DNA of 32,000 nt from Staphylothermus marinus F1 (GCF_000015945.1 NC_009033.1:360001-392000); one strand, 5' to 3'. Shown: positions 9,388 through 18,133, numbered from the stretch's first letter. A program made the numbers and translations. Notes: a model not told the origin generated them from the sequence alone.

Positions 9388-10986
9388 TTATATGAATTCG
9401 AAGTATATTCCAGCTGGTACATCATAGTAGCATGGACCACACCAGAAGCACCACCATGGAGGATCTTGTTTATATTGATATTTACTAATCCTCATATAGA
9501 CGTACTCATAAATATCATAGTCTCCAGGAATATTGGGGTCATCTCCATGATTATATATGCCTCCATAGATGAATACCTGGGGTCCTTGAGCTGATATTGA
9601 TGTTTGGAATGTTGATGCAAAAGCTACGGCTACAGCGCATCCCATGCCTCCAGTAGGTAATCCTAAGGCACTACATATGCCTAGTGCTGCGATGGAGCCA
9701 GCAGATATGCCTATTTCAAAGTCGGAACCACACTCATCATAGTAATTAAATATTTGTGGAAAAGACACATACTCGCCTGGATCTAGTTTGCCATCGTCTA
9801 GGTATGTATCAGGTATTTGGAGCAGGGTTTCATTGGTTCCCTCATAGAACTTTTCCATCAAGTTTTCATCGGGTAAACCAAGGTCACTACCTCCCTCAAT
9901 GTTTGAGCCATAGGTCAGGATGTCTGTGATAACGTTTTCAACGTCACCGCCGAAGTATTCACAGTAAAGGAAGTTGCTGTCGCATAAATATACATTGTAT
10001 ACTTTATATATTGGTCTAGCCCATATCCAAGCCCACCATTGCTGGTTGGGAGCAAGTTCTTTTTCTACATAATAATAGTATGTTTCACCACCCCATGTGA
10101 ACCCTGATCCTTTCCACAAGTTAACATTCGGCGCTACTCCATTTGATATCTTAGATAATATTTCGCCTGTTGTAAATGTTGGATATACCCCTATCTCCCC
10201 CTTCTGCACACCAATATTTATTGAAACCCCAACTGACCCACTATAGCTTAGTTTATTCCATGCTATGAGCACTGGTGTTTTAACGTATAGTTTTCCACCC
10301 ACATTTTTAAAGTAGTCGCTTGGAAGTTCTGAGGTTATATTCTCCGGTTTTATTTCGAATACAGGTATTCTAATAAAAACAGGAAAAGGCAATTGATCAA
10401 GCTTAACTTCTCTCGCTATTCTCTCAGCTGTCATAGCTGTAATATAGGAGGTATCAATTTTAAGGGCTGTAAGAGAATGCTTTGCTAAGTGTATGGTGTA
10501 TTTCATGGTTTTTCTATTAATAATGTCTACTGGTTTATATGTTATTGAATCATATAGTTGGTATAGTATCTCACCAGTCTTCTTATTATATATAAATGCC
10601 CTTATGATCAATCCACTATATGTCTTGTCCTGATCACCCCTTCTAGCCTTATATGTCTCAACCCATCCCCTAGCAATTTTCAATAGTTTCTCTGCAGGTA
10701 TGAATATAGTGTTTGAACCCTGGAATACTCCTTTATAAATAACTTTTAAATCACCATTATAGATTGGTGGAACTATTGCTGAAACTTCGACTTGTAAAAC
10801 AACATTCCCATTGCTAAATAAACTCGTATCATCGATAACTGTGTTGTTCGCAAAGTTATATAGTTTGAACTTCAAGTACATTCCCGGATTAGCCACGTAT
10901 ACGTTGGAAACAATACTGATCGACCCACCCAATACAGCAGATACAATGATCAAAATCATCAAAACAGAACTGGATTGGAAACGCAT
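9388..10986 (-). CDS. Hypothetical secreted or membrane-associated protein (532 aa)
   Basis: ATG at 10986. N-terminal signal/anchor MRFQSSSVLMILIIVSAVLGGSISIV. Gly/Ala/Cys-rich hydrophobic stretch GISAGSIAALGICSALGLPTGGMGCAVAVAFASTF. Trp/Cys-rich tail PPWWCFWCGPCYY. No family recognised. Confidence 0.6.
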   Translation of the reverse strand: MRFQSSSVLMILIIVSAVLGGSISIVSNVYVANPGMYLKFKLYNFANNTVIDDTSLFSNGNVVLQVEVSAIVPPIYNGDLKVIYKGVFQGSNTIFIPAEKLLKIARGWVETYKARRGDQDKTYSGLIIRAFIYNKKTGEILYQLYDSITYKPVDIINRKTMKYTIHLAKHSLTALKIDTSYITAMTAERIAREVKLDQLPFPVFIRIPVFEIKPENITSELPSDYFKNVGGKLYVKTPVLIAWNKLSYSGSVGVSINIGVQKGEIGVYPTFTTGEILSKISNGVAPNVNLWKGSGFTWGGETYYYYVEKELAPNQQWWAWIWARPIYKVYNVYLCDSNFLYCEYFGGDVENVITDILTYGSNIEGGSDLGLPDENLMEKFYEGTNETLLQIPDTYLDDGKLDPGEYVSFPQIFNYYDECGSDFEIGISAGSIAALGICSALGLPTGGMGCAVAVAFASTFQTSISAQGPQVFIYGGIYNHGDDPNIPGDYDIYEYVYMRISKYQYKQDPPWWCFWCGPCYYDVPAGIYFEFI

Positions 10987-11274
10987 CGTATCACCATGAA
11001 TAATATTATTTACAATACCAAAAAAATTTCGCCATTTTATATATTGAAAACTATAATTAATTAGTGTTATATTTGCATCACAGTATTTGATTTATACGTT
11101 TAGTAGCATATATAGTGATAATGCTATCGCTAATTCTATATTTCGTATAAGAAATAAATAATAAACTCTTCTAAAATAACTTTAAAGGAAAATCTAGTAA
11201 AATGGTCTCTAGGGAATAATGAAAGCTTTAGGAAAGTATTAGAGAGTAGTTATAGATGAGGAATACTAATTTAT

Positions 11275-12111
11275 TTACTGTATAAACGAGTCTAATGTTG
11301 TCTTGTTTTTAGATGGTTCTGCAAAGCCGGGTATGCAATCTACATTGTATTTTCTGCATAGCTTCATTGTTTCGTAAATGAATCTCTTCCATGGATAATT
11401 CCTAGCTATAAATAATATTTTATGAAGGGGGTGGCTTCTATTATACATGAATTTCTTAATATGAATACGGTCTATCAATATCTTGCTCCCTGTTTCCCTT
11501 GCTAACTCTATTATTTTAATCCTTGTATCTAGATCATCGTTATAGCCTGGTATTACTGGTCCATAAAATATCCATGTATCAATGCCTTTAGAAGATAATT
11601 GTTTTAAAGCATATGCCCGCATAGATGGTGGGGATGCTTTAGGCTCATATATTCTAGATTTTTTATCATTTAGAGAAGTAATTGTAAAACCAACATCAAC
11701 ACTATGCTTATGTTTCGTTAATAAATCAATGTCTCTTAGAATAAGAGTGTTTTTTGTCTGAATACTTATATGGAATCCATGACTTAGGAGAAGTTCTATT
11801 GACTTCCTTGTTAACCTATATATTGCTTCAACAGGCTGGTATGGATCAGTTATCGTTCCAACCCCTACAATACCTCTTCGAAGATATTTAATCTCCTTCT
11901 CGAGAACATTGATTAAGTTTTTCTTGACAGCAATTATTTCTCCCCAATTCTCCCTGATCTCCTTGATCCAAGTATATAGTCTAGCATAACAATATATGCA
12001 TCCATGATAACAACCCATGTAAGGATTCAAAGCATAGTCTAGATCTGGTAAACCGCTTCTACTTAGGGCTTTCTTTACATTGATGAAAATTATCTTCATT
12101 GCTTCAATCAC
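11275..12111 (-). CDS. Radical SAM protein, SplB/COG1533-like (DNA repair photolyase-type annotation family)
   Basis: NPYMGCYHGCIYCYA carries the CX3CX2C radical-SAM cluster motif in the context typical of this family. GTG at 12111 overlaps the Nre stop by 8 nt. The alternative ATG at 12099 lies 4 nt after that stop. Confidence 0.8.
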   Translation of the reverse strand: MIEAMKIIFINVKKALSRSGLPDLDYALNPYMGCYHGCIYCYARLYTWIKEIRENWGEIIAVKKNLINVLEKEIKYLRRGIVGVGTITDPYQPVEAIYRLTRKSIELLLSHGFHISIQTKNTLILRDIDLLTKHKHSVDVGFTITSLNDKKSRIYEPKASPPSMRAYALKQLSSKGIDTWIFYGPVIPGYNDDLDTRIKIIELARETGSKILIDRIHIKKFMYNRSHPLHKILFIARNYPWKRFIYETMKLCRKYNVDCIPGFAEPSKNKTTLDSFIQ

Positions 12112-13417
12112 TTATTCTATGATACAAGTATTTATCTATTGTTTCAATGTAGAGTATTCTTTTCAAGAGCCTAGATGAATTTATCCATTTCTCAGCTCCT
12201 AGCTTTGTTTCTTTATCGATAAACTCTAATACTTCCTTTATATTGTTAGTTTTGAGAACTGGTTTGCTTCTCATCATTGCTCTAATGTTTTCTCTGACAA
12301 ACCATACACCGATAGGTATATTGAATCCTGGATAAATTTCTCGTAGCACAATTGCTATTGCTTGTTTTCTCCTCTTATACAGGTGTTCTGCTATGGCTAG
12401 TCTTGTAGCATAATAGCATCCTCCTATTTCAGGATACGTTGTCCTACCCTTGAATCCTTCATAGTCTCCCTCAACTACTACTTCTCTCTCGCTAGGATTC
12501 CAAGTTGACCCAGGCCACCAAGCCTCCATCCATTCAAAGCTCCATTTTCCAGGATAAAGTATTGCTATGAATAAGTTATCATAGTATTTTCTCACATATA
12601 CCTCGATCTCCGTGATCTCATCGTATTCTTTTATTTTCTCAATTAAATACTTAGATATAGTATCATCTACAGCAGTAATACTCCACCTTGTAGGTACAAG
12701 TCTTCTTTTACGCTGAACACCTAAAGCTCCAACACTAAATATTCTCTGAATAATAGTGACTGGTATATTATGCCTATAAAGCTCAATGATCGCATTTGTA
12801 GCTTTTAAGTCCTTGTCTTGATAAACCCTATCAATAATCCTTGGTATTTTTGGATTACTAACAACTCTAACATTTTTAACAGGTGCTCTAGGACCCTGTG
12901 GGGGCTCGTATTCGCTGAAAATAATTAATGGTTTCGGGGGCTTCTCTAAATAAACCTCTACATCTACTGGTTTAATAGATAATATTATCTCATGTATTTT
13001 CTCGATGAATGAATCTGATAAGTCATTTACTCTATGTTTTCTAGAACCAGTTATTAAGCTCCAGCGATAATCCAGTATCTTCTCTAGTTTTAATCCCAAC
13101 CATTTCTCTGGTAAATCATAGATGCTTGTATCACCTGTTTCTGGAGGAATAGAGGGTCCAATATTTACATATGGATAACCATGCCTACCAACAAATACCG
13201 AGGGGGGACTGCTTCCAAATAATTCCCTTGATCCAACAACTCTCCTCAACTTATAAGTAGCCATACGCCTAGCTAGTAATGGACAATAACTTAGACCACA
13301 CCATCCCCTACCACGACAAACAGCACAAAGCTTCGGATCTATTCTTAACCAAGGACTCCTCCCACTCATAACCATAAACCTGTACCATAAATTAGCTGGA
13401 AAACTATTTCTCAACAT
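12104..13417 (-). CDS. nreA: Archaeal Nre-family protein (DUF650/DUF651, putative DNA repair factor)
   Basis: About 430 aa. N-terminal four-Cys motif CAVCRGRGWCGLSYCP. Sits immediately upstream of, and coupled to, a COG1533 radical SAM gene. C-terminal PIP-like IETIDKYL. The family call is from memory of Nre architecture, not from a search. Confidence 0.6.
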   Translation of the reverse strand: MLRNSFPANLWYRFMVMSGRSPWLRIDPKLCAVCRGRGWCGLSYCPLLARRMATYKLRRVVGSRELFGSSPPSVFVGRHGYPYVNIGPSIPPETGDTSIYDLPEKWLGLKLEKILDYRWSLITGSRKHRVNDLSDSFIEKIHEIILSIKPVDVEVYLEKPPKPLIIFSEYEPPQGPRAPVKNVRVVSNPKIPRIIDRVYQDKDLKATNAIIELYRHNIPVTIIQRIFSVGALGVQRKRRLVPTRWSITAVDDTISKYLIEKIKEYDEITEIEVYVRKYYDNLFIAILYPGKWSFEWMEAWWPGSTWNPSEREVVVEGDYEGFKGRTTYPEIGGCYYATRLAIAEHLYKRRKQAIAIVLREIYPGFNIPIGVWFVRENIRAMMRSKPVLKTNNIKEVLEFIDKETKLGAEKWINSSRLLKRILYIETIDKYLYHRISD

Positions 13418-13511
13418 AGTTATTTCTAAATACCTACTAATAATAATAGACTATTTAAAACGTGAATTACATAATACGTTAGGTAATTATGGGTAGAGAC
13501 TAAAAATATGT

Positions 13512-14813
13512 CTACTTTTCTCTATGAATGTTTATTTCGACAACACTTGAATCAGCTTCAACTACTATGTCTATTCTGGAATTTGATTTATCATAGTCCT
13601 CATCAATATATTCTCTAGTCTTCTCGCCTTCGATATTAATATATCCATAGCTTCCATGAATAACTGCCTTGATCCTAGTATTTTCAGGAACATATATGTT
13701 GAGGTTTAGTACTGATGAATCTGATTTAATTTTCAAATATGATGTTCCAATAAAGTTGCTGTATTTTAATTCTATGTTTGCATTTGAGGAATCGGTTGTG
13801 AAGGAGATGTTTGATTCTCTCAGATCATGTATTTTTATTGAAGCATTAGAGGAATCTATGAATGATTTAACGTTTTTAGTGATTCTTAGTGTTCCATTGA
13901 TATTAGAGGAATCTATATTGATCACTGCTTCTTCGAAAGTTAATGGAAGATATAATTTACCTGAAGCAGTATCGCTTCGTACCTCTAATTTATCCATATT
14001 CTTATCTATTGATACGAAACCTTCAATGCTTCTCTTACCTTCAAAAACAGTTTTGTTGCCGCTATTGAATATTGATATGCTTGACGAATCTATAGTCATA
14101 TCCAATGCTTTTAGACTACTAAAACTATTTACTTCTATATGTACAGGTATTTTCTCATGACCTTTATTCATTGTTTTAGACATAGTCTTCGACATGGTCT
14201 TAGATATACCTGATAATATACTTTTAACTAAACCATTTAATAAGCCAGCAACAAATCCCCCGCCTCTACCAATTAATCCAATATCTCCTGATCTTATCTC
14301 AATTAATGGTTTAAGATTTGATGGAGCATCAATAAATAATACATCATTAACTCCTTCTAAGACGCATTCGAGAACTTCTTCGGGCATATCCTCGATCTTG
14401 AACATTAATATGTCTGAAACATATATCTTCTTACCTTCATGGCATAGCTTCTCTGCTAATCCTCGTGTAAGTGTAAATTCTATTTTATCAGAAACTCTGA
14501 TAATTCCTGCAGGCTTAGATGCTTTATTCCAAGTAATTTCCTCCTCTATTCTCTCATCGCTAAGCATTTTTAATGCTTCATAGAGTTTCCATCCCTTCTC
14601 TGTTAGACGGTATTCTCCCGTTTTAGGATCTTTCTCTACTATTCCACGCAACATTTTCAAGTGAAAAGCAAATGTTCCACTATCTTCCACACCAGTGATT
14701 CTCATTAGCTCAGTATAGCTTAGATGTTTCTTCTCAGCTAATGCTCTTATAATATCTCTTCTAACTCTATGTGCTAATGCTTTCAAATAATTCTCAATAT
14801 TTTCGTTACTCAT
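13512..14813 (-). CDS. Winged-HTH (ArsR-like) domain fused to a C-terminal beta-helical repeat domain (DUF4097/toastrack-like)
   Basis: N-terminus LAHRVRRDIIRALAEKKHLSYTELMRITGVEDSGTFAFHLKMLRGIVEKD...YRLTEKG is ArsR/wHTH-like. The C-terminal half has a DSS-x-(I/A)-x-(I/L) motif recurring every 20-25 residues (IDSSSISI, IDSSNING, IDSSNASI, TDSSNANI, SDSSVLNL, ADSSVVEI). Confidence 0.6.
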   Translation of the reverse strand: MSNENIENYLKALAHRVRRDIIRALAEKKHLSYTELMRITGVEDSGTFAFHLKMLRGIVEKDPKTGEYRLTEKGWKLYEALKMLSDERIEEEITWNKASKPAGIIRVSDKIEFTLTRGLAEKLCHEGKKIYVSDILMFKIEDMPEEVLECVLEGVNDVLFIDAPSNLKPLIEIRSGDIGLIGRGGGFVAGLLNGLVKSILSGISKTMSKTMSKTMNKGHEKIPVHIEVNSFSSLKALDMTIDSSSISIFNSGNKTVFEGKRSIEGFVSIDKNMDKLEVRSDTASGKLYLPLTFEEAVINIDSSNINGTLRITKNVKSFIDSSNASIKIHDLRESNISFTTDSSNANIELKYSNFIGTSYLKIKSDSSVLNLNIYVPENTRIKAVIHGSYGYINIEGEKTREYIDEDYDKSNSRIDIVVEADSSVVEINIHREK

Positions 14814-14955
14814 GAATTATTCACCATTAAATAAATATATGTGATTCCACAAGGATAACATTTTTGAGAAGAAAAATACACTGTTATTTGTTGATTTTAC
14901 TCAACAAAAATTATAGGATAAAAAACGAGGTATTTTTCATAAGGGAACTTATGGA

Positions 14956-15201
14956 TTATTTCTCGATTTCATAGCTGATTGCAGATACTGGACAGGCATC
15001 TACTGCTGATTTAACACATTCCAACAAATCCTCTGGAACTTTACCTATAGATATGTGATCGTCTATTTTCTCCGTATATTTTTCTACAACCCTGTTCTTA
15101 CCATTATCTTCTCCTAGAACGAATACTTCGGGACATGTAGCTGGTGCTACTCCGCATCCTATACATGTGTCTCGATCAACTATTACTTTAACATAGCCCA
15201 T
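14956..15201 (-). CDS. fdx: Small single-cluster ferredoxin (Pyrococcus furiosus Fd-like)
   Basis: VDRDTCIGCGVAPATCPEVF...CVKSAVDACPVSAI. I prefer ATG at 15201 (MGYVKVIV...) because a TTTATA-like element at 15233-15238 lies too close to the ORF-track ATG at 15219. Confidence 0.8.
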   Translation of the reverse strand: MGYVKVIVDRDTCIGCGVAPATCPEVFVLGEDNGKNRVVEKYTEKIDDHISIGKVPEDLLECVKSAVDACPVSAISYEIEK

Positions 15202-15392
15202 TATAGAACACTCCTCCATTAGTGTTTCAGCTATAAATAGTTATTTCCGCCGTTCTATTATATAGATTATTGCTTCATGGATAAAATGTTCTAGATCTTC
15301 AAACATATCAATCTTCACCAATAATAGCTGATATTGATGGTGATGGGGAAAACGAGATCATATTTGGGCTCTATACAGGAGAATTTGTCATA

Positions 15393-15884
15393 GTGAATGT
15401 TACTAAGCCTAGTGGTTTATTCCGCGAGGTTGAATGGCTTTATAACACTGATGCTCCAATAATGGCTTCACCAGCTATAAGTGATGTAGATAATGATGGG
15501 TTGCTCGAGATACTTGTGGGTAGTAGAGACTATAACATGTATTGTTTTAAGGGATTATTAGCTGAGAACAAAGCAACCACAACAATCTCAACAACTGCCA
15601 CGACTACAAATACATTCACAAGCCTATCTCAAACAACAACCTCATCATCCACAACGACTACAGTGAAAACAACGATTATTTCCCACACATCAACAACTAC
15701 CACAACCCAGGCAACAACCATAATGAATACTGTGAAGCAACCTATAGAATCAACTACTACTAAGAAAATAGGATTACCTACTGCAACCGGTCATTATAAA
15801 CCATTAATCAACTGGGGACTTGTAATCCCGGCATTAATAGTAGCTGTTATCATTGTTTTAATAGTATATTATAAGACTAAATAG
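15393..15884 (+). CDS. FG-GAP repeat protein fragment with Thr-rich stalk and C-terminal TM anchor (probably 5-prime truncated)
   Basis: SDVDNDGLLEILVGS is an FG-GAP Ca-binding-type repeat. Thr-rich stalk, then C-terminal TM LVIPALIVAVIIVLIVYY. The frame stays open back to 15285 and encodes another intact repeat (ADIDGDGENEIIFG), but with no start codon. Confidence 0.55.
   Translation: MNVTKPSGLFREVEWLYNTDAPIMASPAISDVDNDGLLEILVGSRDYNMYCFKGLLAENKATTTISTTATTTNTFTSLSQTTTSSSTTTTVKTTIISHTSTTTTTQATTIMNTVKQPIESTTTKKIGLPTATGHYKPLINWGLVIPALIVAVIIVLIVYYKTK
15573..15761 (+). repeat. Low-complexity ACN-rich tract encoding a Thr/Ser stalk
   Basis: Codons 61-123 of the 163-aa ORF: ATTTISTTATTTNTFTSLSQTTTSSSTTTTVKTTIISHTSTTTTTQATT...STTT. 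Confidence 0.85.
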
Positions 15885-15942
15885 TTTCATAGAAATTATA
15901 AAGATAAGAAGAGAAAGAGAAAAAGAATTATTTTGAATACTT

Positions 15943-16959
15943 TTATATGCTTAGTTCCTCAAGTATTTTCTTGCGATCAACTATTTCCCTCTTCTTCTTG
16001 AAGAGTCTTGTTGAGAAGTATCTTGCAGCATAGTCTGGCAATATAGTTACAACTTTCTTTCCTTTACCTAATCCATGGCTTCTTCCAAGCTTTATTGCTG
16101 ATACAACGTTTGCACCACTACTTATTCCTACAGGTAATGCTTCAAGACGCGCTATTTTCCTAGCCATCATTATTGCTTCCTCACTTGTAGATGTTACAAA
16201 ATCGTCTAGGAGGTGCTTATATCGTTTAACAATGTCTGGCACGAATCCGTCTCCAACACCTTCTATTTCGTGCCTACCCCATGGTCCCTCCTTGCCTGTC
16301 TTAAACCAATATGCTGCTACGGGGCATTCAGCTGGCTCAGCTCCTGCTACTATTACGTTTTTACATTCCTCCTTAAGCCTCTTAGCTACACCCATCAATG
16401 TCCCGCCTGTTCCTACTTGTGCAACGAAGGCGTCGGGGCATCCAATCTGGTCTAGGATTTCTTTACCGGTTGTCTCGTAGTGTGCTTGAACATTTGCTTC
16501 ATCACTCCATTGATCGAAGAAATAGTATTTATCAGGATTTTCTTCTGCAAGTTTTTTAGCGGTCTCCAATGCTGTTCCAGCATCACTTTCGCCGCCAGGT
16601 GTGAATAAGAAGTCTGCACCAAATAGTCTCATCAACATGAATCTCTCAGCACTCATTTCCTCCGGGATAACAATTAATACTTTTAATCCAAAATAGCTGC
16701 CGAGAGCTGAGAAAGATATTCCTGTATTCCCAGTTGTTGGCACAACAATTGTCATTCCAGGTTTTAGTTCTCCCTTATCCATTGCTTTTTTGATCATATA
16801 GTAAGCCATACGATCCTTGACGCTTCCAGTTGGGTTCATGAACTCTGCTTTAGCCCATATTTCAAAGTCTACATTTTGATCCTTTTCTATCCTTTGTAGT
16901 CTGATAATAGGTGTTTTACCGATGCATTCAATTACATTATTGCATACTCGTAGACTCAT
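15943..16959 (-). CDS. cysK: PLP-dependent cysteine synthase family enzyme (CysK/CysM/O-phosphoserine sulfhydrylase or CBS-like)
   Basis: PLP-lysine motif NPTGSVKDR, TGNTGIS, and Gly loop GTGGTLMGV. I chose ATG at 16959 (MSLRVCNNVIECIGKTPIIRL), which is preceded by GGAGG. The ORF-track start at 16977 is a TTG. Confidence 0.85.
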   Translation of the reverse strand: MSLRVCNNVIECIGKTPIIRLQRIEKDQNVDFEIWAKAEFMNPTGSVKDRMAYYMIKKAMDKGELKPGMTIVVPTTGNTGISFSALGSYFGLKVLIVIPEEMSAERFMLMRLFGADFLFTPGGESDAGTALETAKKLAEENPDKYYFFDQWSDEANVQAHYETTGKEILDQIGCPDAFVAQVGTGGTLMGVAKRLKEECKNVIVAGAEPAECPVAAYWFKTGKEGPWGRHEIEGVGDGFVPDIVKRYKHLLDDFVTSTSEEAIMMARKIARLEALPVGISSGANVVSAIKLGRSHGLGKGKKVVTILPDYAARYFSTRLFKKKREIVDRKKILEELSI

Positions 16960-17246
16960 TACATCCACATCCTCCAATCATTTATTGGTTATTCCTATAT
17001 ATCGTATTTACAAGAATAAATGTCTAACCACATATAAAGAATCTTTGTTACTTCTTGGACTCACTCCTACTTATTTTCTAGTTTTCATTTTATAATCCAC
17101 ATATTTATCGAATATTTTTGTATTGACAACACCATGGACATATATATGTTCTATACATGATCATATATAATTAAACGAGTACGAAGGCGTATATTATTTA
17201 TTCCCTACCACCGATAAATTATTATTAAGCAGGTTAGAGGTGAGTA

Positions 17247-18131
17247 ATCTTACCAAGATTCGACATATATAGGCCTAAGAGCCTCGAAGACGCACTAGAA
17301 TTCCTAGATAAACACAGTGGTGAAGCAAAACCTCTTGCCGGCGGAACAGAACTCATAATATTGATCAGGGATAGAAGAATACCTATACCGAAATATTTAG
17401 TCGACCTCAACGCTATAAAGAAGGAGCTATCATTCGTTGAGAAAAAAGATGACGGGATCCATATAGGTGGTGGAACAACACTTTACGAGTTAAGCAAGAC
17501 TTTTCTACACAAAGACAAGAGATTTGCAGGATTCGTAGATGTATATAAGAAATTCGGTACTCTAGCACTAAGATTCGAAGCCACAGTGGCTGGGAACCTA
17601 GTATCTGCTACACAATACAATGACTATATCACCCTCCTACTAGTATATGATGCGAAACTAAGACTAGTAAGTGTTAATGGAGAAAGAATAGTGAAGCTTG
17701 AAGATTTCCTAATAGATAAGAGAAAAGTTGATCTAAAACCTAACGAGCTAATATATGAAATAATATTTCCAGAGCCACCAATTAATAGTAGCAGTAGCTT
17801 CATAAAGTTTGATAGGAGAGAACTATTAATAGCTGGAGTAGTTACTGGTGCAACTTTCCTAGCACTCGAAGACAACAAAATCACTGATGTTAAGATAAGT
17901 TTTGACATGGTTAGAGAGAAGAGAATTCCTGGTAGAGCAAGGAAGACAGAAGAGTTCTTGAAAGGCAAGGAGTTCAGCAAGGAGATACTCGAGAAAGCCG
18001 CTGAAGAAGTTCTACCCACGGAAATGGAGAGAGTAACAGATTGGTGGACAACTGCTGAATACCGTATGGATATGTCTAAGGTGGTTTTGAAGAGAAACCT
18101 ATTAAGAGCATATGAAAGGATTAAGGGGTGA
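17247..18131 (+). CDS. Molybdenum hydroxylase FAD-binding (medium) subunit, CoxM/CutB/XdhB-like
   Basis: The FAD_binding_5-type N-terminus (ILPRFDIYRPKSLEDALEFLDKHSGEAKPLAGGTELI) is encoded in frame upstream of the first canonical start, TTG at 17361. I extended the 5-prime end to ATC at 17247, which follows GAGGTGA at 17237-17243. The start codon is uncertain. Confidence 0.75.
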   Translation: MLPRFDIYRPKSLEDALEFLDKHSGEAKPLAGGTELIILIRDRRIPIPKYLVDLNAIKKELSFVEKKDDGIHIGGGTTLYELSKTFLHKDKRFAGFVDVYKKFGTLALRFEATVAGNLVSATQYNDYITLLLVYDAKLRLVSVNGERIVKLEDFLIDKRKVDLKPNELIYEIIFPEPPINSSSSFIKFDRRELLIAGVVTGATFLALEDNKITDVKISFDMVREKRIPGRARKTEEFLKGKEFSKEILEKAAEEVLPTEMERVTDWWTTAEYRMDMSKVVLKRNLLRAYERIKG

Positions 18132-18133
18132 GC

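Noticed and set aside
14169-14204. 12-nt x3 tandem repeat as a microsatellite or phase-variation element
   Set aside because: The units are in frame and imperfect at synonymous sites, so slipped-strand variation is unlikely. It is reported only as a peptide repeat within the wHTH-repeat protein finding.
13669-14583. Two plus-strand ORFs (163 aa and 129 aa) inside the wHTH-repeat gene
   Set aside because: The minus-strand frame has a recognisable wHTH and a periodic repeat architecture across the full 433 aa. The plus-strand ORFs are Ser/Leu/Ile-rich low-complexity shadows with no motifs.
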